Under the pieces are notes generated by a model. That model was not told the origin of the DNA. It searched no databases and worked only from the letters and a program-made list of their open reading frames with translations. From an uncultured Planctomycetales bacterium (lineage in GTDB: Bacteria; Omnitrophota; Gorgyraeia; Zapsychrales; JAHFFX01): a DNA stretch of 64,000 nt. The stretch is from assembly GCA_964612665.1 (NCBI GenBank), contig CAZTCI010000002.1, forward strand, positions 83,659 to 147,658, given 5' to 3'. The stretch's first letter is position 1; the number at the start of each line of letters is the position of its first letter. The translations under genes were made by a program, and so were the position numbers. Shown here piece after piece: positions 29,060 through 40,370 of the stretch.

Positions 29060-29977
29060 ATGAAGAACCTATTAAAACGCATTACAGCAATTTTACTCAT
29101 GTTATTCGGGACAGTGCCCCATTCTTTCGCTGCTCAGAAATTAAATGTCGTAACGACTCAAACAATTTTGGCAGACTTGGTTAAACAAATAGGCCAAGAT
29201 AAAGTGAATGTGTCGGCTATAGCGTCACCGAAATACAACATTCATTTTATCCAACCTAAACCAAGTGACGTTCGTAAGGTATCTAAAGCGGATATCTATT
29301 TCAATTTAGGTTTGGATTTGGAAGCGTGGTCGGATCCATTGCTTGAGGCAGTAGGTAAGCCTCAATTATTCAGGAATGGTTCTGCTAATGTGGACCTTTC
29401 CCAAGGTATTAGGTTATTGGATGTGCCTGATCATCCGATCACCCGTGCTGAAGGTGACATTCATGCCTTTGGTAATCCTCATTTTCAAATGAATCCAGAA
29501 AATGGTCGTATTATGGTACAGACGATCTTAAAAAAATTAGAGGATGTTGATCCAGCTAATGCGGCTTACTATGAAGCGAATGCCAAAGCATTCTTTAGTA
29601 AACTCGATGCAAAGATCGCAGAATGGAAAAGCATGTGCGCGCCTTGTAAGGGCAAGGAGATTATCTCGTATCACGAGGACATTGCTTACTTTTCAGATTT
29701 TTTAGGAATGAAAGCAGAACAGTTCTTGGAACCTAAACCAGGAATTCCCCCAACGCCTAAACACATGCAGTTTTTAGAAGATTATGCTAAGGCGCACAAC
29801 ATCACAGCGATTGTCCGTCCGACGTATTATCCAGAAGATGCAGCTAAAGCATTGGCGCAGAAGATAGGCGGAAAAGTAGTGACCATTTGCCAAGGAGTAG
29901 GTGAAATACCGGGAACGGATGATTTTTTCAGTTTTTTTGATTATGACTTTAAACAAATCAGCGAAGGAGTTAAATAA
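29060..29977 (+). CDS. znuA: metal (Zn/Mn) ABC transporter substrate-binding protein, ZnuA/TroA family
   Basis: Signal peptide; cluster-9 SBP motifs (HAFGNPHFQMNP, His-rich metal site). Confidence 0.75.
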   Translation: MKNLLKRITAILLMLFGTVPHSFAAQKLNVVTTQTILADLVKQIGQDKVNVSAIASPKYNIHFIQPKPSDVRKVSKADIYFNLGLDLEAWSDPLLEAVGKPQLFRNGSANVDLSQGIRLLDVPDHPITRAEGDIHAFGNPHFQMNPENGRIMVQTILKKLEDVDPANAAYYEANAKAFFSKLDAKIAEWKSMCAPCKGKEIISYHEDIAYFSDFLGMKAEQFLEPKPGIPPTPKHMQFLEDYAKAHNITAIVRPTYYPEDAAKALAQKIGGKVVTICQGVGEIPGTDDFFSFFDYDFKQISEGVK

Positions 29978-30792
29978 TGCATGAATTCTTACATGTGATG
30001 ATGCTTCCTTTTTTAGCGTGCCTCATCCTTGTGGCCAGTCATGCATATTTGGGTTTTCACGTGATTGAGCGTCAGGTCATTTTTGTTGACCTGGCGCTTG
30101 CCCAAATAGCGGTGCTGGGCGCCAGTGTGGCTATGATCGCAGGACATGACCTTAATAGCCCGACGGCATATTGGGTTTCTTTGGCCTTTACGATGGGAGG
30201 AGCGGCTTTATTTTCCTTAACGCGATTAAAAGATGATCGTGTTCCTCACGAAGCGATTATTGGAATCACCTATGTTGTTTCTGCGGCTTTATTGATTTTG
30301 GTATTAAGCCGTTCAGGAGAAGGGGACGAACATATTAAAGAGGCCCTGGTAGGGAATATCCTCCTGGTTGGTAAACCCGAATTAATACGTATTACAATTA
30401 TTTATGCCATTCTCGGGGTCATTCATTTTCTTTACCGGAGGTATTTTTTTATGATCTCCCGCGACCCCAAAGCTGCTTTTGCTCAGGGTATTAATGTTCA
30501 TGGATGGGACTTTCTATTCTATTTGACCTTTGGGGTAGTTGTGACCAACTCCGTCAGGATCGCAGGGGTTTTACTGGTTTTTTCCTATTTGGTTGTGCCA
30601 TCGGTTTGTGCGATTTTTGTAGTAAATAGTTTAAAGAATCGTTTGATGATAGGTTGGATTATTGGACTTTTGGCAAGTATTTTAGGAATGGCTTTTTCTT
30701 ATTATCTAGATTTTCCGACAGGTGCAAGTGTTGTGTGTATGCTTGGCTTTTTGTTAATTACACTTGTTGCTCTTAAAAGATGCTTTAGATGA
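29977..30792 (+). CDS. znuB: metal ABC transporter permease, ABC-3 (ZnuB-like)
   Basis: 271 aa polytopic membrane protein, ATGA overlap with znuA. Confidence 0.7.
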   Translation: MHEFLHVMMLPFLACLILVASHAYLGFHVIERQVIFVDLALAQIAVLGASVAMIAGHDLNSPTAYWVSLAFTMGGAALFSLTRLKDDRVPHEAIIGITYVVSAALLILVLSRSGEGDEHIKEALVGNILLVGKPELIRITIIYAILGVIHFLYRRYFFMISRDPKAAFAQGINVHGWDFLFYLTFGVVVTNSVRIAGVLLVFSYLVVPSVCAIFVVNSLKNRLMIGWIIGLLASILGMAFSYYLDFPTGASVVCMLGFLLITLVALKRCFR

Positions 30793-30856
30793 TGAACTCT
30801 CTTTTTTGATATTTTATTGACTTGTTTTTCCCCCCTTTAAATGTATCCTTATATTA

Positions 30857-33526
30857 ATGGCTAATAAATATAATCGACCAGAGCCGGAGGCCTTTTTACC
30901 TATTGCAAAAGCTGAAGAATCAAGAAAAAAAGGGAAGTTAAAAATATTTCTTGGCTATTCGGCAGGTGTTGGAAAAACCTTTGCGATGTTAGAGGCCATC
31001 CGCCGCCGTCAAAAAGACGGGATGGATGCAGTTATTGCTTATGTGGAAACACACAAACGCAAAGAAACAGAAGCTCTGCTTGAAGGTATAGAAATCATAC
31101 CGCGCGGCGTTTCCTCTTATCGGGGGACAACCCTTGAGGAAATGGATTTGGACGCTGTACTAAGACGCCGACCGCAACTGGCTGCTGTCGATGAACTAGC
31201 CCACACCAATGCCCCAGATTCCCGCCATATAAAACGCTATCAAGATATTCAAGAACTCGTTGCAGCGGGTATCGATGTTTATACCACTTTGAACATTCAA
31301 CATTTGGAAAGTCTCAACGATGTGATCGCCAAGATTTCAGGCGTCAGAATGCGTGAAACCATTCCTGACCGAGTCTTGCAGGAGGCCGATGAGATCGAGG
31401 TCGTAGATATTCCAATCGGCGAACTTTTGCAGAGGTTAAAAGAAGGAAGAATTTATGTACCGGAACAAGCCCAACGCGCCTTGCAAAGTTTCTTTAATGA
31501 AGGTAATTTGACATCTTTGCGGGAGTTGACATTAAGACGCGCAGCCAAGAGCGTCGACGCTCAAATGCAAGGATATATTCAAACAAAGGCTATTGAAGGT
31601 CCTTGGCCTTCACGGGAAAGAATCTTGGTTTGCGTGAGTGCTTATCCGTCGAGTACCGAACTTGTGCGGGCTGCGAGTTTGCTGGCCACCGGCCTTGATG
31701 CTCAATGGTTTGCTGTTTATGTGGAGTCGCCTTTTAAAAGTAAGGTGTCCGATGTGGATCGCAATCAAATAACAAAGACATTGGAGTTGGCTCAAGAATT
31801 AGGCGCCCAGGTGGTTACCTTGACTGCAGACGATATTGCCCCGGAAATCATTGCTTATGCATTGCGTCACAATATCACCAAGATCATTATTGGTAAACCG
31901 CTCAAACATCAATGGCAAGGATTCTTTAAGAATAATCTTGTGGATGAAATCATTCAACATAGCGGAGACATCGATGTCCAGGTAATTAACCGGACCTTAG
32001 ATAAAAGAGATAAATCCGTCACCGCTTTTATTCGTCCGAAAAGTCCATGGTATTACTATTTAAACAGCGTCATTATCGTCGTAATAGCTACTTTAATCAG
32101 TTTTGCATTGAAACCTTTTTTTGCCGCTACTAATCTTGTTATGATTTATATTTTAGCGGTGGTTATATCAGCGTTTTGGTGGGGACGAGGGCCTTCCATC
32201 GTTGCAGCGGTGTTAGGAGTGGGTGTTTTTGATTTTGTTTTTGTGCCTCCATATTTTACTTTTGTTGTGTCAGATATAGAATATCTTTTAACATTTTTTG
32301 TGCTGTTTGTTGTCGGGATGGTTATTAGCTTTTTAACTGGTCAGACACGCCAGCAGACTGAAAATATGCGGCAAAGGGAAAGGCGAACCGCCGCTTTGTA
32401 CGGCTTGAGCCGTGAATTAGCCAAAGCCCTTAATCTCGATGAAATTATCAAAGCTTTTGTCAAACATGCTTCGCAGACATTCGATTGTTTTACGGCTGTT
32501 TTTCTAAAAGAAAAAAATGGCATCATGGAAAAATTTATCGAGGAGCATTTCCCTTTCAATGAACGGGAAAAGGCGGTAACAGAATGGGTATTTCAGAATA
32601 ATCAAGTTGCAGGGTGCAACACCGATACGTTACCGGCCGCTTCTTCCATTTACTTTCCTTTGAGTACCAGCGGAGGGATGTGGGGTGTCATTGGTATTAA
32701 TTTAAAAGACACCAATAATAAAATGACCATGGATGACAGGAATTTATTGGAATCGTTTGTGACACAATGTACTTTGGCTATTGAACGTGTTGCATTGGTT
32801 GAAGAGTCCCGCCAAATACAGCTTATGCGCGAAAAAGAAAATATGCAGTCGGCATTATTCGATTCGATCTCGCATGATTTAAAAACACCTCTGGTTTCGA
32901 TCAAGGGATCCTTAAGCAGTTTGCTTGAGGCGGGCAATCTGGATGAGCGAACAAAAAAAGGTCTGGTGGAAAATGCTTACGAAGAAACCAACCGTATGAA
33001 CCAACTGATCAGCAATTTATTAGATATGGCCCGTTTAGAAGCGGGCGGATTAAAATTATCGTTAAAACTTTCCGAGGTTAGAGATGTTGTTGGCAGCACT
33101 TTGAAACAATTTGAAGGATTATTGACCGGCCGAAAAGTTACCATTAATATTCCTGACGATTTGCCGCACATCCCCATAGATTTTTCGTTGATGTCAAAAG
33201 TGTTAGCCAATGTGATCGATAATGCCATTAAATATGCCCCCTTTAGCAATCTCCCCATAGACATCGAAGCCGTAAAGAACGATGGTTTCGTCGAAATCAG
33301 GGTATTGGATCGAGGCTTAGGTATTCCGGTTGATGATTTAGAGGCCATTTTCGATAAGTTTTATCGCGTCAAAAGACCAGAAAATTTTGAAGGGACGGGG
33401 CTAGGGCTTTCGATTTGTAAAAGGATCGTTGAGGCGCATAAAGGGCGCATATGGGCTGAAAATCGCCCTGACGGCGGATCGATCATAACAATTGCTCTGC
33501 CGGTAGAGATTGATAAAAATGGTTGA
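30857..33526 (+). CDS. kdpD: sensor histidine kinase KdpD
   Basis: N-terminal KdpD domain (GYSAGVGKT), Usp domain, 4 TM, GAF, HisKA (SHDLKTPL), HATPase (GTGLGLSI). Confidence 0.9.
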   Translation: MANKYNRPEPEAFLPIAKAEESRKKGKLKIFLGYSAGVGKTFAMLEAIRRRQKDGMDAVIAYVETHKRKETEALLEGIEIIPRGVSSYRGTTLEEMDLDAVLRRRPQLAAVDELAHTNAPDSRHIKRYQDIQELVAAGIDVYTTLNIQHLESLNDVIAKISGVRMRETIPDRVLQEADEIEVVDIPIGELLQRLKEGRIYVPEQAQRALQSFFNEGNLTSLRELTLRRAAKSVDAQMQGYIQTKAIEGPWPSRERILVCVSAYPSSTELVRAASLLATGLDAQWFAVYVESPFKSKVSDVDRNQITKTLELAQELGAQVVTLTADDIAPEIIAYALRHNITKIIIGKPLKHQWQGFFKNNLVDEIIQHSGDIDVQVINRTLDKRDKSVTAFIRPKSPWYYYLNSVIIVVIATLISFALKPFFAATNLVMIYILAVVISAFWWGRGPSIVAAVLGVGVFDFVFVPPYFTFVVSDIEYLLTFFVLFVVGMVISFLTGQTRQQTENMRQRERRTAALYGLSRELAKALNLDEIIKAFVKHASQTFDCFTAVFLKEKNGIMEKFIEEHFPFNEREKAVTEWVFQNNQVAGCNTDTLPAASSIYFPLSTSGGMWGVIGINLKDTNNKMTMDDRNLLESFVTQCTLAIERVALVEESRQIQLMREKENMQSALFDSISHDLKTPLVSIKGSLSSLLEAGNLDERTKKGLVENAYEETNRMNQLISNLLDMARLEAGGLKLSLKLSEVRDVVGSTLKQFEGLLTGRKVTINIPDDLPHIPIDFSLMSKVLANVIDNAIKYAPFSNLPIDIEAVKNDGFVEIRVLDRGLGIPVDDLEAIFDKFYRVKRPENFEGTGLGLSICKRIVEAHKGRIWAENRPDGGSIITIALPVEIDKNG

Positions 33527-34229
33527 AAACGGCTCTAATAATATACGTATACTTGTGGTCGATGATGAGAAAGCCATTCGACGGTTTCTTAAAATGTCGC
33601 TTACATCTCAAAATTATGAGGTGGAGGAGGCTAAAAGCGGCAAGGAAGCTGTGGAGGTGTTAAAGTCTTTCCGGCCGGATGCTATCCTTTTGGATTTGGG
33701 TTTGCCTGACATGGATGGTGTTCAGGTCACAAAAAAGATAAGGGAAATAACTCAAACGCCCATTGTGATTGTTTCTGTGCGAGATCAGGAGCAAGACAAA
33801 ATTGCCGCTTTGGATGCCGGAGCGGATGATTATTTGACTAAGCCATTTAGTGCGCCCGAACTTTTTGCCCGGCTGCGTGCTGTATTGCGTCGATTGGCTC
33901 GAGTCAAAGATGACCCCGTTTTTAAAATAGATAAGCTGTTAGTTGATTTGGGGCGGCGGCTAGTCAAAGTAGCAGACACCGAAATTCATCTAACGCCCAC
34001 CGAATATGACGTATTAAAAGTGCTGGTTCTTAATGCCGGACGGGTTATGACCCACCAACAGGTCATTAAACAAGTGTGGGCCAAAGATGTCAAAAATTAT
34101 GAAGGCACAGAGCATTTACTGCGCGTGACGATCAGTAATCTACGCACGAAATTAGAACCAGATCCTGCCAGGCCAACCTATATTCTCACCGAGTCCGGTG
34201 TAGGGTATCGGCTCCGTTTCGATTCCTAA
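33510..34229 (+). CDS. kdpE: response regulator KdpE (OmpR family)
   Basis: Receiver domain (VVDDE...D) plus winged-helix C-terminus; overlaps kdpD end. Confidence 0.9.
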   Translation: MIKMVENGSNNIRILVVDDEKAIRRFLKMSLTSQNYEVEEAKSGKEAVEVLKSFRPDAILLDLGLPDMDGVQVTKKIREITQTPIVIVSVRDQEQDKIAALDAGADDYLTKPFSAPELFARLRAVLRRLARVKDDPVFKIDKLLVDLGRRLVKVADTEIHLTPTEYDVLKVLVLNAGRVMTHQQVIKQVWAKDVKNYEGTEHLLRVTISNLRTKLEPDPARPTYILTESGVGYRLRFDS

Positions 34230-34381
34230 CTAATTACACTCCTTAGTGTTATAGCGATATATCCTAGATTAATCTTTATACTTTCTTGATAAAAATCCTT
34301 CCTTTTTTGACGCCCAATTGATTTGAATTCCCCTGGAAATACTGTACCCTTGGAGTAGAAGCTAAAAAGAGGAGGGAGTTC

Positions 34382-34474
34382 ATGGATTGGTTATACGGAG
34401 GAATCATTTTAATTTGTTTTGGGGCCAGCGTTTGGTTTATTAAAGTCTGCCAGGGCCTGGAGGATAAACAATGA
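34382..34474 (+). CDS. 30-aa hydrophobic peptide upstream of kdpF (possible second KdpF-like subunit or leader)
   Basis: MDWLYGGIILICFGASVWFIKVCQGLEDKQ; RBS gaggaggga upstream; stop overlaps kdpF ATG. Confidence 0.25.
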   Translation: MDWLYGGIILICFGASVWFIKVCQGLEDKQ

Positions 34475-34563
34475 ATCCAATTTATCTGGTTAGCGGGGTA
34501 ATTACTTTTGGACTCTTTATTTATTTGCTCGTTGTTCTCTTAAGAGGAGAGGAGCTTTTATGA
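34471..34563 (+). CDS. kdpF: KdpF small subunit
   Basis: [30 protein letters not shown], 30 aa single TM, stop overlaps kdpA ATG. Confidence 0.5.
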   Translation: MNPIYLVSGVITFGLFIYLLVVLLRGEELL

Positions 34564-36263
34564 TGATGGGATGGATGCAGCTTTTTTTATATTTGGTCGT
34601 TTTGATCGCCTTGGTGAAACCCTTAGGGATTTACATGGCTTATGTCTACGAAGGGAATGTGCCCGGACCCTTGCGCTGGTTGAAGGGTATTGAAAGGGGC
34701 ATTTATAGGTTTACTGGTTTGGACGAAAAGCAAGAAATGTCATGGGTAACATATGCCCTTGCCATGCTCGTGTTTAATATAGTTGGCATTGTGCTGCTGT
34801 ATGTTTTACAGCGAGTACAGGTGTGGCTGCCTTTAAATCCTCAAGGGATGGGGGCAGTCAGCAGTGATTCTTCGTTTAATACCGCCGTTTCATTTGCGAC
34901 CAATACAAACTGGCAAGGCTATGGCGGAGAAAGCACCATGAGTTATTTGACGCAGATGGTTGGGCTTGCAGTGCAGAATTTCGTTTCAGCGGCCACTGGG
35001 ATGGCGGTTTTGATTGCCATTATTAGAGGGTTTGTTCAGAAACAAGGGCAAACCTTGGGAAATTTTTGGGTTGATTTGGTTCGTTCGACGCTTTATATCC
35101 TTTTGCCTTTGTCGATTATCCTGGCGGTGGTTTTGGTTTCTCAAGGGGTCCCGCAAACTTTCAGGCCATCGGCTGCAGCACATTTCGTAAACGATCAAAC
35201 TATTGCGTTGGGACCCGTGGCTTCTCAAATTGCCATTAAGCAATTGGGAACCAATGGCGGAGGTTATTTTAATGCGAATTCGGCGCATCCGTTTGAGAAT
35301 CCAACGCCTTTGTCTAATTTTCTCGAAATGCTGGCTATCCTTTTAATTCCGGCCGCGCTTTGTTATACCTTTGGTGTCATGGTCAAGGACCGCCGTCAGG
35401 GGTGGGCATTGCTGGCTGCAATGGTTGCCATCTTTGTTGTCTTTTTAGGTATGGCATATTTTTACGAGTCGCAGCCAAATCCTTTGATCAGTGACAATGT
35501 GAATCACTCGATCACAGGCGGCAATATGGAAGGCAAGGAAGCGAGGTTTAGCACTGCTGAATCGGTTCTATGGGCAACGGCCACCACAGCGGCTTCCAAC
35601 GGGTCAGTCAATAATATGCATGATTCATTGATGCCTTTAAGTGGAATGGTTGCTTTGATCATGATTTTGTTTGGGGAGGTTATTTTTGGCGGTGTTGGTT
35701 CAGGCTTATATGGAATGCTGGCGTTTGTCATTGTTGCCGTATTCGTAGCCGGTTTAATGGTGGGGAGGACACCGGAATATTTAGGAAAGAAAATCGAAAG
35801 TTTCGAGATGAAGATGGCTATGTTGGCTTTATTGATCGTTCCTTTTCTAGTTTTATGTTTAACGGCTTTGGGTTTAATGACAACGTGGGGCCGTGCCGGT
35901 ATTGCCAATGCGGGACCGCATGGTTTTTCCGAGGTTCTCTATGCCTTTGCATCCGCAGCCAATAATAACGGCAGTGCTTTTGCCGGTTTAAGTGCGAACA
36001 CACCTTTCTACAATACTGCACTCGGGCTTGCGATGTTTTTGGGGAGGTATTGGATTATTATTCCGATGTTGGCTTTTGCTGGTTCTATGGTGCGTAAACA
36101 AAAGATTCAAGAGAGCGCCGGCACGCTTTCGACGCATACGCCATTATTTATCGGCTGGTTGATTGCGATTGTGGTGTTGGTTGGCGTTTTAAATTATTTG
36201 CCTGCACTTGTCCTAGGGCCGGTGATTGAACATCTGATGTTGAATCAGGGAATGATGTTTTAA
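34560..36263 (+). CDS. kdpA: potassium-transporting ATPase subunit KdpA
   Basis: 567 aa polytopic, K+ selectivity-filter-like GGG motifs (TNGGGYF). Confidence 0.9.
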   Translation: MMMGWMQLFLYLVVLIALVKPLGIYMAYVYEGNVPGPLRWLKGIERGIYRFTGLDEKQEMSWVTYALAMLVFNIVGIVLLYVLQRVQVWLPLNPQGMGAVSSDSSFNTAVSFATNTNWQGYGGESTMSYLTQMVGLAVQNFVSAATGMAVLIAIIRGFVQKQGQTLGNFWVDLVRSTLYILLPLSIILAVVLVSQGVPQTFRPSAAAHFVNDQTIALGPVASQIAIKQLGTNGGGYFNANSAHPFENPTPLSNFLEMLAILLIPAALCYTFGVMVKDRRQGWALLAAMVAIFVVFLGMAYFYESQPNPLISDNVNHSITGGNMEGKEARFSTAESVLWATATTAASNGSVNNMHDSLMPLSGMVALIMILFGEVIFGGVGSGLYGMLAFVIVAVFVAGLMVGRTPEYLGKKIESFEMKMAMLALLIVPFLVLCLTALGLMTTWGRAGIANAGPHGFSEVLYAFASAANNNGSAFAGLSANTPFYNTALGLAMFLGRYWIIIPMLAFAGSMVRKQKIQESAGTLSTHTPLFIGWLIAIVVLVGVLNYLPALVLGPVIEHLMLNQGMMF

Positions 36264-36271
36264 AGGGGAGT

Positions 36272-38326
36272 ATGACTATGTCTAAAATTTGGAAACGCGC
36301 TTTAATTGATGCTTTTAAGAAACTGGATCCACGCTGTCAGGTGCGGAATCCGGTTATGTTTGTGGTTTATATTTACAGCATTCTGATAACGTGGCTGTTT
36401 GTTCAGGCTATCTTGGGCAAGGGAGAGGCATCACCGGTATTTATTGGTCAGGTGGCGGCCTGGTTGTGGTTTACCATTCTTTTTGCCAATTTTTCAGAAG
36501 CATTGGCGGAGGGACGTGGCAAGGCACAGGCGGATGCTTTGCGGAGGACCCGGCAGGAAACCAAGGCTAAGAAATTGCATCAGCCCAAATACGGTTCTGT
36601 TTATGATCTTACTCTCTCGACGGATTTAAGATCGGGAGATGTGGTGCTTGTCGAAAAAGGTGATATTGTTCCGGCTGACGGGGAGGTCATGGAGGGGATT
36701 GCTTATATCGATGAAAGCGCGATCACGGGTGAAAGTGCTCCGGTTATTAGAGAATCAGGCGGCGACCGTAGTGCTGTAACAGGCGGCACCCGGGTGATTT
36801 CGGATTGGGTAGTAATCAAGGTAACCGCCGGCCCGGGCGAAGGATTTTTAGATCGTATGATCAGTTTGGTCGAAGGTACCAAAAGACAGAAAACACCGAA
36901 TGAAATTGCGCTGCACATTTTGCTTTCCGGTTTAACAATTGTTTTCTTACTGGTCTGCGCGACACTTTTACCTTTTTCTTTATATAGCGTGCAGGTGATG
37001 GGTAAAGGTTCAGCGATAACGATCACAGCTTTGGTTTCGCTTTTAGTTTGCCTTATTCCGACGACTATTGGAGGGTTGGCCAGTGCCATTGGTATTGCTG
37101 GGATGGACCGTTTATTAAGGCGCAATGTCATTGCTATGTCCGGCCGCGCGGTGGAGGCCGCCGGTGACGTGAACGTTTTATTGCTGGATAAAACCGGCAC
37201 GATCACTTTGGGCAATCGTGAGGCCGTTGAATTCATTACATTACGCAATTTCAATACGGATAAGGTGGCCGAATTAGCGCAATTGGCTTCATTGGCCGAT
37301 GAAACGCCCGAAGGACGAAGCATCGTTGTTTTAGCAAAGGGAAAGTATGGGTTACGCAGCCGTTTTCAAGAATCACCGGCAGAGGCCAAGATGACCTTTA
37401 TTCCATTTACAGCGCAATCGCGCATGAGCGGTGTGGATACCGGGGATGCCAAGATTCGCAAAGGTGCTCACGATGCGATTGTCAGTTATGTTAAATCCTT
37501 GGGAGGTGTCATTCCTACGGATTTGAAAGATATTGTGGAACGGATTTCAAAGACGGGCGGGACGCCTTTGGTTATTTGTCGTAATGATGAAATTGCCGGT
37601 GTCATTCATTTGAAAGACGTTGTCAAAGGCGGGATCAAAGAGCGTTTTATGCATTTGCGGAAGATGGGCATTAAAACGGTGATGATTACCGGTGACAATT
37701 CTTTGACAGCTGCAGCCATCGCTGCAGAGGCAGGTGTGGATGATTTCTTGGCACAGGCGACACCTGAAGATAAGTTACGGCTTATTCGTGAGTATCAAGC
37801 AGCCGGCGGGCTTGTGGCTATGGCGGGGGATGGGACTAATGATGCGCCGGCATTGGCCCAGGCAGATGTGGCCGTGGCCATGAACACCGGTACACAGCCG
37901 GCCCGGGAAGCGGCTAACATGATTGATCTGGACAGCAACCCCACCAAATTAATTGAAGTCGTGGAAACCGGCAAACAATTATTAATGACGCGCGGTTCGT
38001 TGACGACATTTAGCATTGCCAATGATATTGCCAAGTATTTTGCGATTATTCCAGCGGCTTTTGCGCTCACATACCCTCAATTGGGTATTCTTAATATTAT
38101 GCATTTGGCAACCCCGCAAAGTGCCATTCTGTCCGCGGTGATTTTCAATGCATTGATTATCCTGGCGCTGATTCCGATTGCTTTAAGAGGAGTGCCTTAT
38201 AGGCCGGTTGGGGCAGCACAGATCTTCCGGGATAATTTATTGATTTATGGGGTAGGTGGTCTTGTTTCACCGTTTATCGGGATTAAATTGATCGATATGA
38301 TTTTGGTAGCATTAAAAATTGTTTGA
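36272..38326 (+). CDS. kdpB: potassium-transporting P-type ATPase subunit KdpB
   Basis: DKTGTIT phosphorylation motif, [14 protein letters not shown]. Confidence 0.9.
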   Translation: MTMSKIWKRALIDAFKKLDPRCQVRNPVMFVVYIYSILITWLFVQAILGKGEASPVFIGQVAAWLWFTILFANFSEALAEGRGKAQADALRRTRQETKAKKLHQPKYGSVYDLTLSTDLRSGDVVLVEKGDIVPADGEVMEGIAYIDESAITGESAPVIRESGGDRSAVTGGTRVISDWVVIKVTAGPGEGFLDRMISLVEGTKRQKTPNEIALHILLSGLTIVFLLVCATLLPFSLYSVQVMGKGSAITITALVSLLVCLIPTTIGGLASAIGIAGMDRLLRRNVIAMSGRAVEAAGDVNVLLLDKTGTITLGNREAVEFITLRNFNTDKVAELAQLASLADETPEGRSIVVLAKGKYGLRSRFQESPAEAKMTFIPFTAQSRMSGVDTGDAKIRKGAHDAIVSYVKSLGGVIPTDLKDIVERISKTGGTPLVICRNDEIAGVIHLKDVVKGGIKERFMHLRKMGIKTVMITGDNSLTAAAIAAEAGVDDFLAQATPEDKLRLIREYQAAGGLVAMAGDGTNDAPALAQADVAVAMNTGTQPAREAANMIDLDSNPTKLIEVVETGKQLLMTRGSLTTFSIANDIAKYFAIIPAAFALTYPQLGILNIMHLATPQSAILSAVIFNALIILALIPIALRGVPYRPVGAAQIFRDNLLIYGVGGLVSPFIGIKLIDMILVALKIV

Positions 38327-38335
38327 GAGGTCTTT

Positions 38336-38974
38336 ATGTTAAAACATCTATTTGTATCTATAAAAATGCTGGCGATTATGACTGTTTTGACAGGGATAAT
38401 TTATCCTTTGCTCATTACAGGGTTCACCCAGGCAGCATTTCATCATCAGGCTAACGGAAGTCTGATTCTCAACAACGGGAAAATTCAGGGGTCTGAATTA
38501 ATCGGTCAATGCTGGGATGATCCGAAATATTTTTTTGGCCGGCCATCTGCAACGTCGCCAGCATGTAACGGGTCTGGGTCGTCGGGTTCCAATCAGGGTC
38601 CGACCAATAAAGCATTGGTTGATACTATTAAATCCAGGGCAGATGCGTTACAGGCCTTGGATCCCGACAATCATGGTCCTATTCCAGCAGATCTGGTTAT
38701 GGCATCTGGTAGCGGCTTGGACCCGCAAATTTCTATTGCCGCAGCAAAGTATCAGGTTGAACGGATCGCACGTGTGAGGAATTTACCAAAGGATGAATTG
38801 AGCATGCTTGTCGATCAATTCACTCAAAGCAGGGATCTTAAATTTATGGGCCAGCCGCGCGTGAATGTCCTTGAGTTGAACATTGTCCTTGATCAATACA
38901 AAGCCGGCGACATTGCAAAAATAAAACCAGTGGAAGTAAAACGAGGATTAATCACTAAGGCGACGATTTTTTAG
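38336..38974 (+). CDS. kdpC: potassium-transporting ATPase subunit KdpC
   Basis: 212 aa, N-terminal TM, GSGLDPQIS motif. Confidence 0.85.
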   Translation: MLKHLFVSIKMLAIMTVLTGIIYPLLITGFTQAAFHHQANGSLILNNGKIQGSELIGQCWDDPKYFFGRPSATSPACNGSGSSGSNQGPTNKALVDTIKSRADALQALDPDNHGPIPADLVMASGSGLDPQISIAAAKYQVERIARVRNLPKDELSMLVDQFTQSRDLKFMGQPRVNVLELNIVLDQYKAGDIAKIKPVEVKRGLITKATIF

Positions 38975-38976
38975 CA

Positions 38977-39231
38977 ATGATTGAAAGAATAATTTATAAA
39001 AAAGGCCGGCAGGTTGTTGAGGTCCGTTCCCGTGGCGGCAAACTTTTGTTTATTAAAAGTAAAGACGGTTATGAAATCAAATGCCGCAAGACCCAAGAGA
39101 TTTGCATCGTTTCTTACGACCATATGTTTCTGGATTCCCTAAAAAGTTTTTTGCCTTTCACGCCTCACGCCGAAGTTCTCCGTAAATCCCAAGAAATCCG
39201 CCGGTCCCTAATTTCTTCCCTTTCCGCATAA
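38977..39231 (+). CDS. hypothetical small basic protein
   Basis: 84 aa, 2 nt after kdpC; no recognisable domain. Confidence 0.25.
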   Translation: MIERIIYKKGRQVVEVRSRGGKLLFIKSKDGYEIKCRKTQEICIVSYDHMFLDSLKSFLPFTPHAEVLRKSQEIRRSLISSLSA

Positions 39232-39314
39232 AGCAAGTTTTAATTTGAGTTATAATGTAAAAAATATAGAATAAAGAATATATTTTAGAAATTTTCTTAG
39301 ATGTGGAGACCTAA

Positions 39315-40370
39315 GTGGAATCAAAAAAATCTATAGTCGCTGTGGATCTATTTTGTGGTGTCGGGGGTTTAACCCATGGATTGATTAAAGCAGGAATTCC
39401 GGTCAAAGCTGGCATCGACATTGATGGCACATGTAAATATGCATACGAAAGTAATAACCGCGCAGTTTTCTTTCAAAAAGATATAAAAATACTCGACGGT
39501 AAAGAATTAAAAATGCTCTATTCTGGAAGCGGTATCAAAATTCTGGTAGGGTGTGCGCCTTGCCAACCATTCTCCAAGCATACTCATAAGAACAGGCAAC
39601 GTAATGAAGATAGCGAATGGGGATTGCTATATCATTTTTCTAAATTAATTAGAGAATCGGACCCTACGATTGTTTCGATGGAGAATGTCCCACAAATTGT
39701 CAAACATAAAGTCTTTAATGATTTTGTTGAAGGGCTTAAGGAAATAGGCTATCACGTTTCTTGGAGTTCTGTTTTTTGTCCGGATTACGGTATTCCTCAA
39801 AACAGAACAAGGCTGGTCCTGCTGGCATCTAAATTAGGTAAAATCAATCTTTTGAATCCAACGCATAAACCCACCAATTATAAAACGGTTGCCGATGCGA
39901 TTGGCAATTTTGAAAGTATCGAAGCTGGAAAATCTTCAAACAGAGACTACCTGCATAGAGCAGCTACTTTAGCGCCGATTAATCTTAAGAGGATAAAGAA
40001 ATCAAAGCCGGGTGGATCGTGGAAAGATTGGAGTAAGGATTTACGTGCTCCTTGTCATCAAAAAGAATCTGGAGAAACGTACAGTTCTGTTTATGCCCGC
40101 ATGACATGGGACAATCCTGCGCCAACAATCACGACACAATTTTTTAGTTTTGGGACTGGTCGCTTTGGCCATCCCGACCAGAATAGAGCCATATCGCTTC
40201 GCGAAGGATCAGTACTTCAAACATTTCCACGAAAATATAAGTTCTTGGATAAACGGACTCCGATGTCGTTTAAAAAGCTTGGAGTCTACATTGGTAATGC
40301 AGTGCCCGTACGTTTGGGTCAAATAATTGGAAAAAGTATCATTAAGCACATCGAAAGTCATAATGTCTAA
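39315..40370 (+). CDS. DNA (cytosine-5)-methyltransferase
   Basis: Motif I FCGVGG, motif IV GCAPCQPFS, motif VI ENV, motif VIII QNRTR; GTG start; AT-rich upstream region. Confidence 0.85.
   Translation: MESKKSIVAVDLFCGVGGLTHGLIKAGIPVKAGIDIDGTCKYAYESNNRAVFFQKDIKILDGKELKMLYSGSGIKILVGCAPCQPFSKHTHKNRQRNEDSEWGLLYHFSKLIRESDPTIVSMENVPQIVKHKVFNDFVEGLKEIGYHVSWSSVFCPDYGIPQNRTRLVLLASKLGKINLLNPTHKPTNYKTVADAIGNFESIEAGKSSNRDYLHRAATLAPINLKRIKKSKPGGSWKDWSKDLRAPCHQKESGETYSSVYARMTWDNPAPTITTQFFSFGTGRFGHPDQNRAISLREGSVLQTFPRKYKFLDKRTPMSFKKLGVYIGNAVPVRLGQIIGKSIIKHIESHNV

Noticed and set aside
39232-39314. Direct-repeat or att-like boundary for the AT-rich island immediately after kdpC
   Set aside because: There is only low-complexity AT-rich sequence (tatag/aataaaga motifs). 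No repeat matches the other island edge near 45656..46160 that I could verify by eye.
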